Below are positions 62,438 through 64,000 of a stretch of DNA of 64,000 bases, one piece after another (position 1 is the first letter of the stretch; each line of letters opens with the position of its first letter). The DNA is from Podarcis gaigeae (taxonomy: Eukaryota): the NCBI GenBank assembly GCA_964106915.2, contig OZ066921.1; one strand, given 5' to 3'. The notes under the pieces were generated by a model, which saw only the letters and a program-made list of their open reading frames with translations, was not told where the DNA came from and did no database searches. The position numbers and the translations under genes are program-made.

Positions 62438-62830
62438 CCATAGGAACATAAGAAGAGCCCTGTTGGATCAGACCAGCATCCTGCCTTTACACTGGCCAAC
62501 CAGAGGCCTATGGGAAACACACAAGTAGACTCTGAGCCCCAGAACAGTCTCCCCTCCTTCAGTTTCCTGCAGCTGGTTTACAGAAGCATTATTGCCTCTG
62601 ACCATGTAGGCAGGGCATAGCCATCATGGCTAGTAGCCATAGAATCATAGCCGTCATAAGACCATAGAAACGTAGATTTTGAAGGTGCCCCATGAGTCAT
62701 CTAGTCCAACCTCCTGCAGTGCAGGAATCTCAGCTGAAGCATCCATGGCAGATGGCCACCCAACGTCTGCTTAAAAACCTTCAATGAAGGAGAGTCCACA
62801 ACTTCCTAAGGGAGTCTGTTCCTCTGTCAC
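62438..62830 (-). mobile_element. Two adjacent or nested CR1 3' ends of different subfamilies
   Basis: cataggaacataagaagagccc...; second tail catagaatcatag..catagaaacgtagatt at about 62638. Confidence 0.75.
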
Positions 62831-64000
62831 TGTCTCCATGAGTATCCCCAGAATGTGGGCAGGATACACTTTGCTGCCTCAGACTGAGGACAAGATGGCG
62901 GCCTCACCTGAATGCAACCAGAGTAGTTGTTGACTCATAATTAACACTGGCAAGGAGACAGCATTATCTACTGCACCTGAGGGCGCCATTCTAGTTTCGG
63001 GCAGCAGGGCAGGCTATAAGGTGTGCACACCCCAACACCCCACTGCTCCTGCCTGCCTCCCAGCATTTCCCTCCTGAGGCCTCCTCCTCACTCTGTCTAA
63101 TGGTAGAGCCAGCCCTTAATGGGGGAGAGCAGGCACAGATCAAAGTGCAGAGATCTCTTTAGTTCTTTTGCTGGGGTGGTGTTTTCATTGCCCACCCTTG
63201 CAGCCTACCCAGGAGCTTAAGCTGAGATTTCCTGGCAATGGGTCAAGGCAAAACCCTGCCGCCTCAAATTTCTGAAGCATGTCCCTCCCTCCACAAACAG
63301 CCCAAAGGTAGGTGTTCCACTTCTCTGTCACAGAAAGCTTTGGTAAACACTGATGTTCTCATGTTTATTTAAGATATTTGGAAAGTTTCAGCAGACATAT
63401 TCAACAATGCACTGAATTCCTACTCGATACCCCTCCTTTCCACTCTAGCAACAGCTCACCAATTAAATATCCATCAACAGTGAGGAAAACAAACTTGCAG
63501 AGCTGTTAATGTGCCACATTAAAAAGTTAATAATACCATCCAGCACCTGCGGCAAGCCGCACGAATTAAGAGCAACGACAATGTAATCCAGCAAATAGAA
63601 GAGTCGTGTAATTAACACTCATAAAATGACCGAGCAACGGCTCTTTGGTGTGCCTGTGTATACAAACATGCAGGTACACAGGAACTTCAAAAAAACCAGA
63701 CCAAGAAGCAGCTGTGTGGGGTTTAATAACATCTCAGCTGCACTGAGGGGGTGGACAATTCTTCTCATCTTCATATTGTGCTCTCTCCTGGAAATGGATT
63801 TCAGAATACCCTGAGAAGCAAATAAGGCAGGGACATATGTTAGATCTATTGTGTCTCTGATTAGGAAGGTGCGCGCCACATTTAGAGCAGAGTATTTGTG
63901 GAGGTGATGGTTCAAGAGGCCACCAACTAAGATTCTGACAACACCCCCAACCTGGTGCCTTCCAGATGTTTTCCCTTTGAAACCCTTTATTATTTGCCTA

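Overview
Vertebrate genomic DNA, very probably from a squamate reptile (lacertid-type lizard), judged from its repeats: Sauria SINEs with a BovB/RTE partner LINE, CR1, L2, L1, Penelope-like elements (PLEs) and hAT/Tc1-mariner MITEs. I found no credible host protein-coding exon. The window reads as a large intron or gene desert, with transposon debris between many repeat-free, homeobox/Sox-motif-rich blocks that may be conserved enhancers. The only convincing coding sequences are retroelement-derived. The most notable structure is a young PLE family (RT + Cys-rich linker + GIY-YIG endonuclease) whose terminal repeat carries a minimal type I hammerhead-ribozyme motif with palindromic stems II and III. 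There are three motif copies. Two keep the catalytic core and sit in an inverted-repeat arrangement at 1-709 (the one at 1-35 is cut by the window edge); that inversion also creates an ATG-initiated, in-frame, stand-alone GIY-YIG ORF. The third, at the end of a long 5'-truncated, frameshifted copy at 19666-21372, has a core G8->A change. Hammerheads in PLEs are a known phenomenon; the locus-specific architecture is what deserves follow-up. No database searches were run, so family names come from recognition of the sequence.
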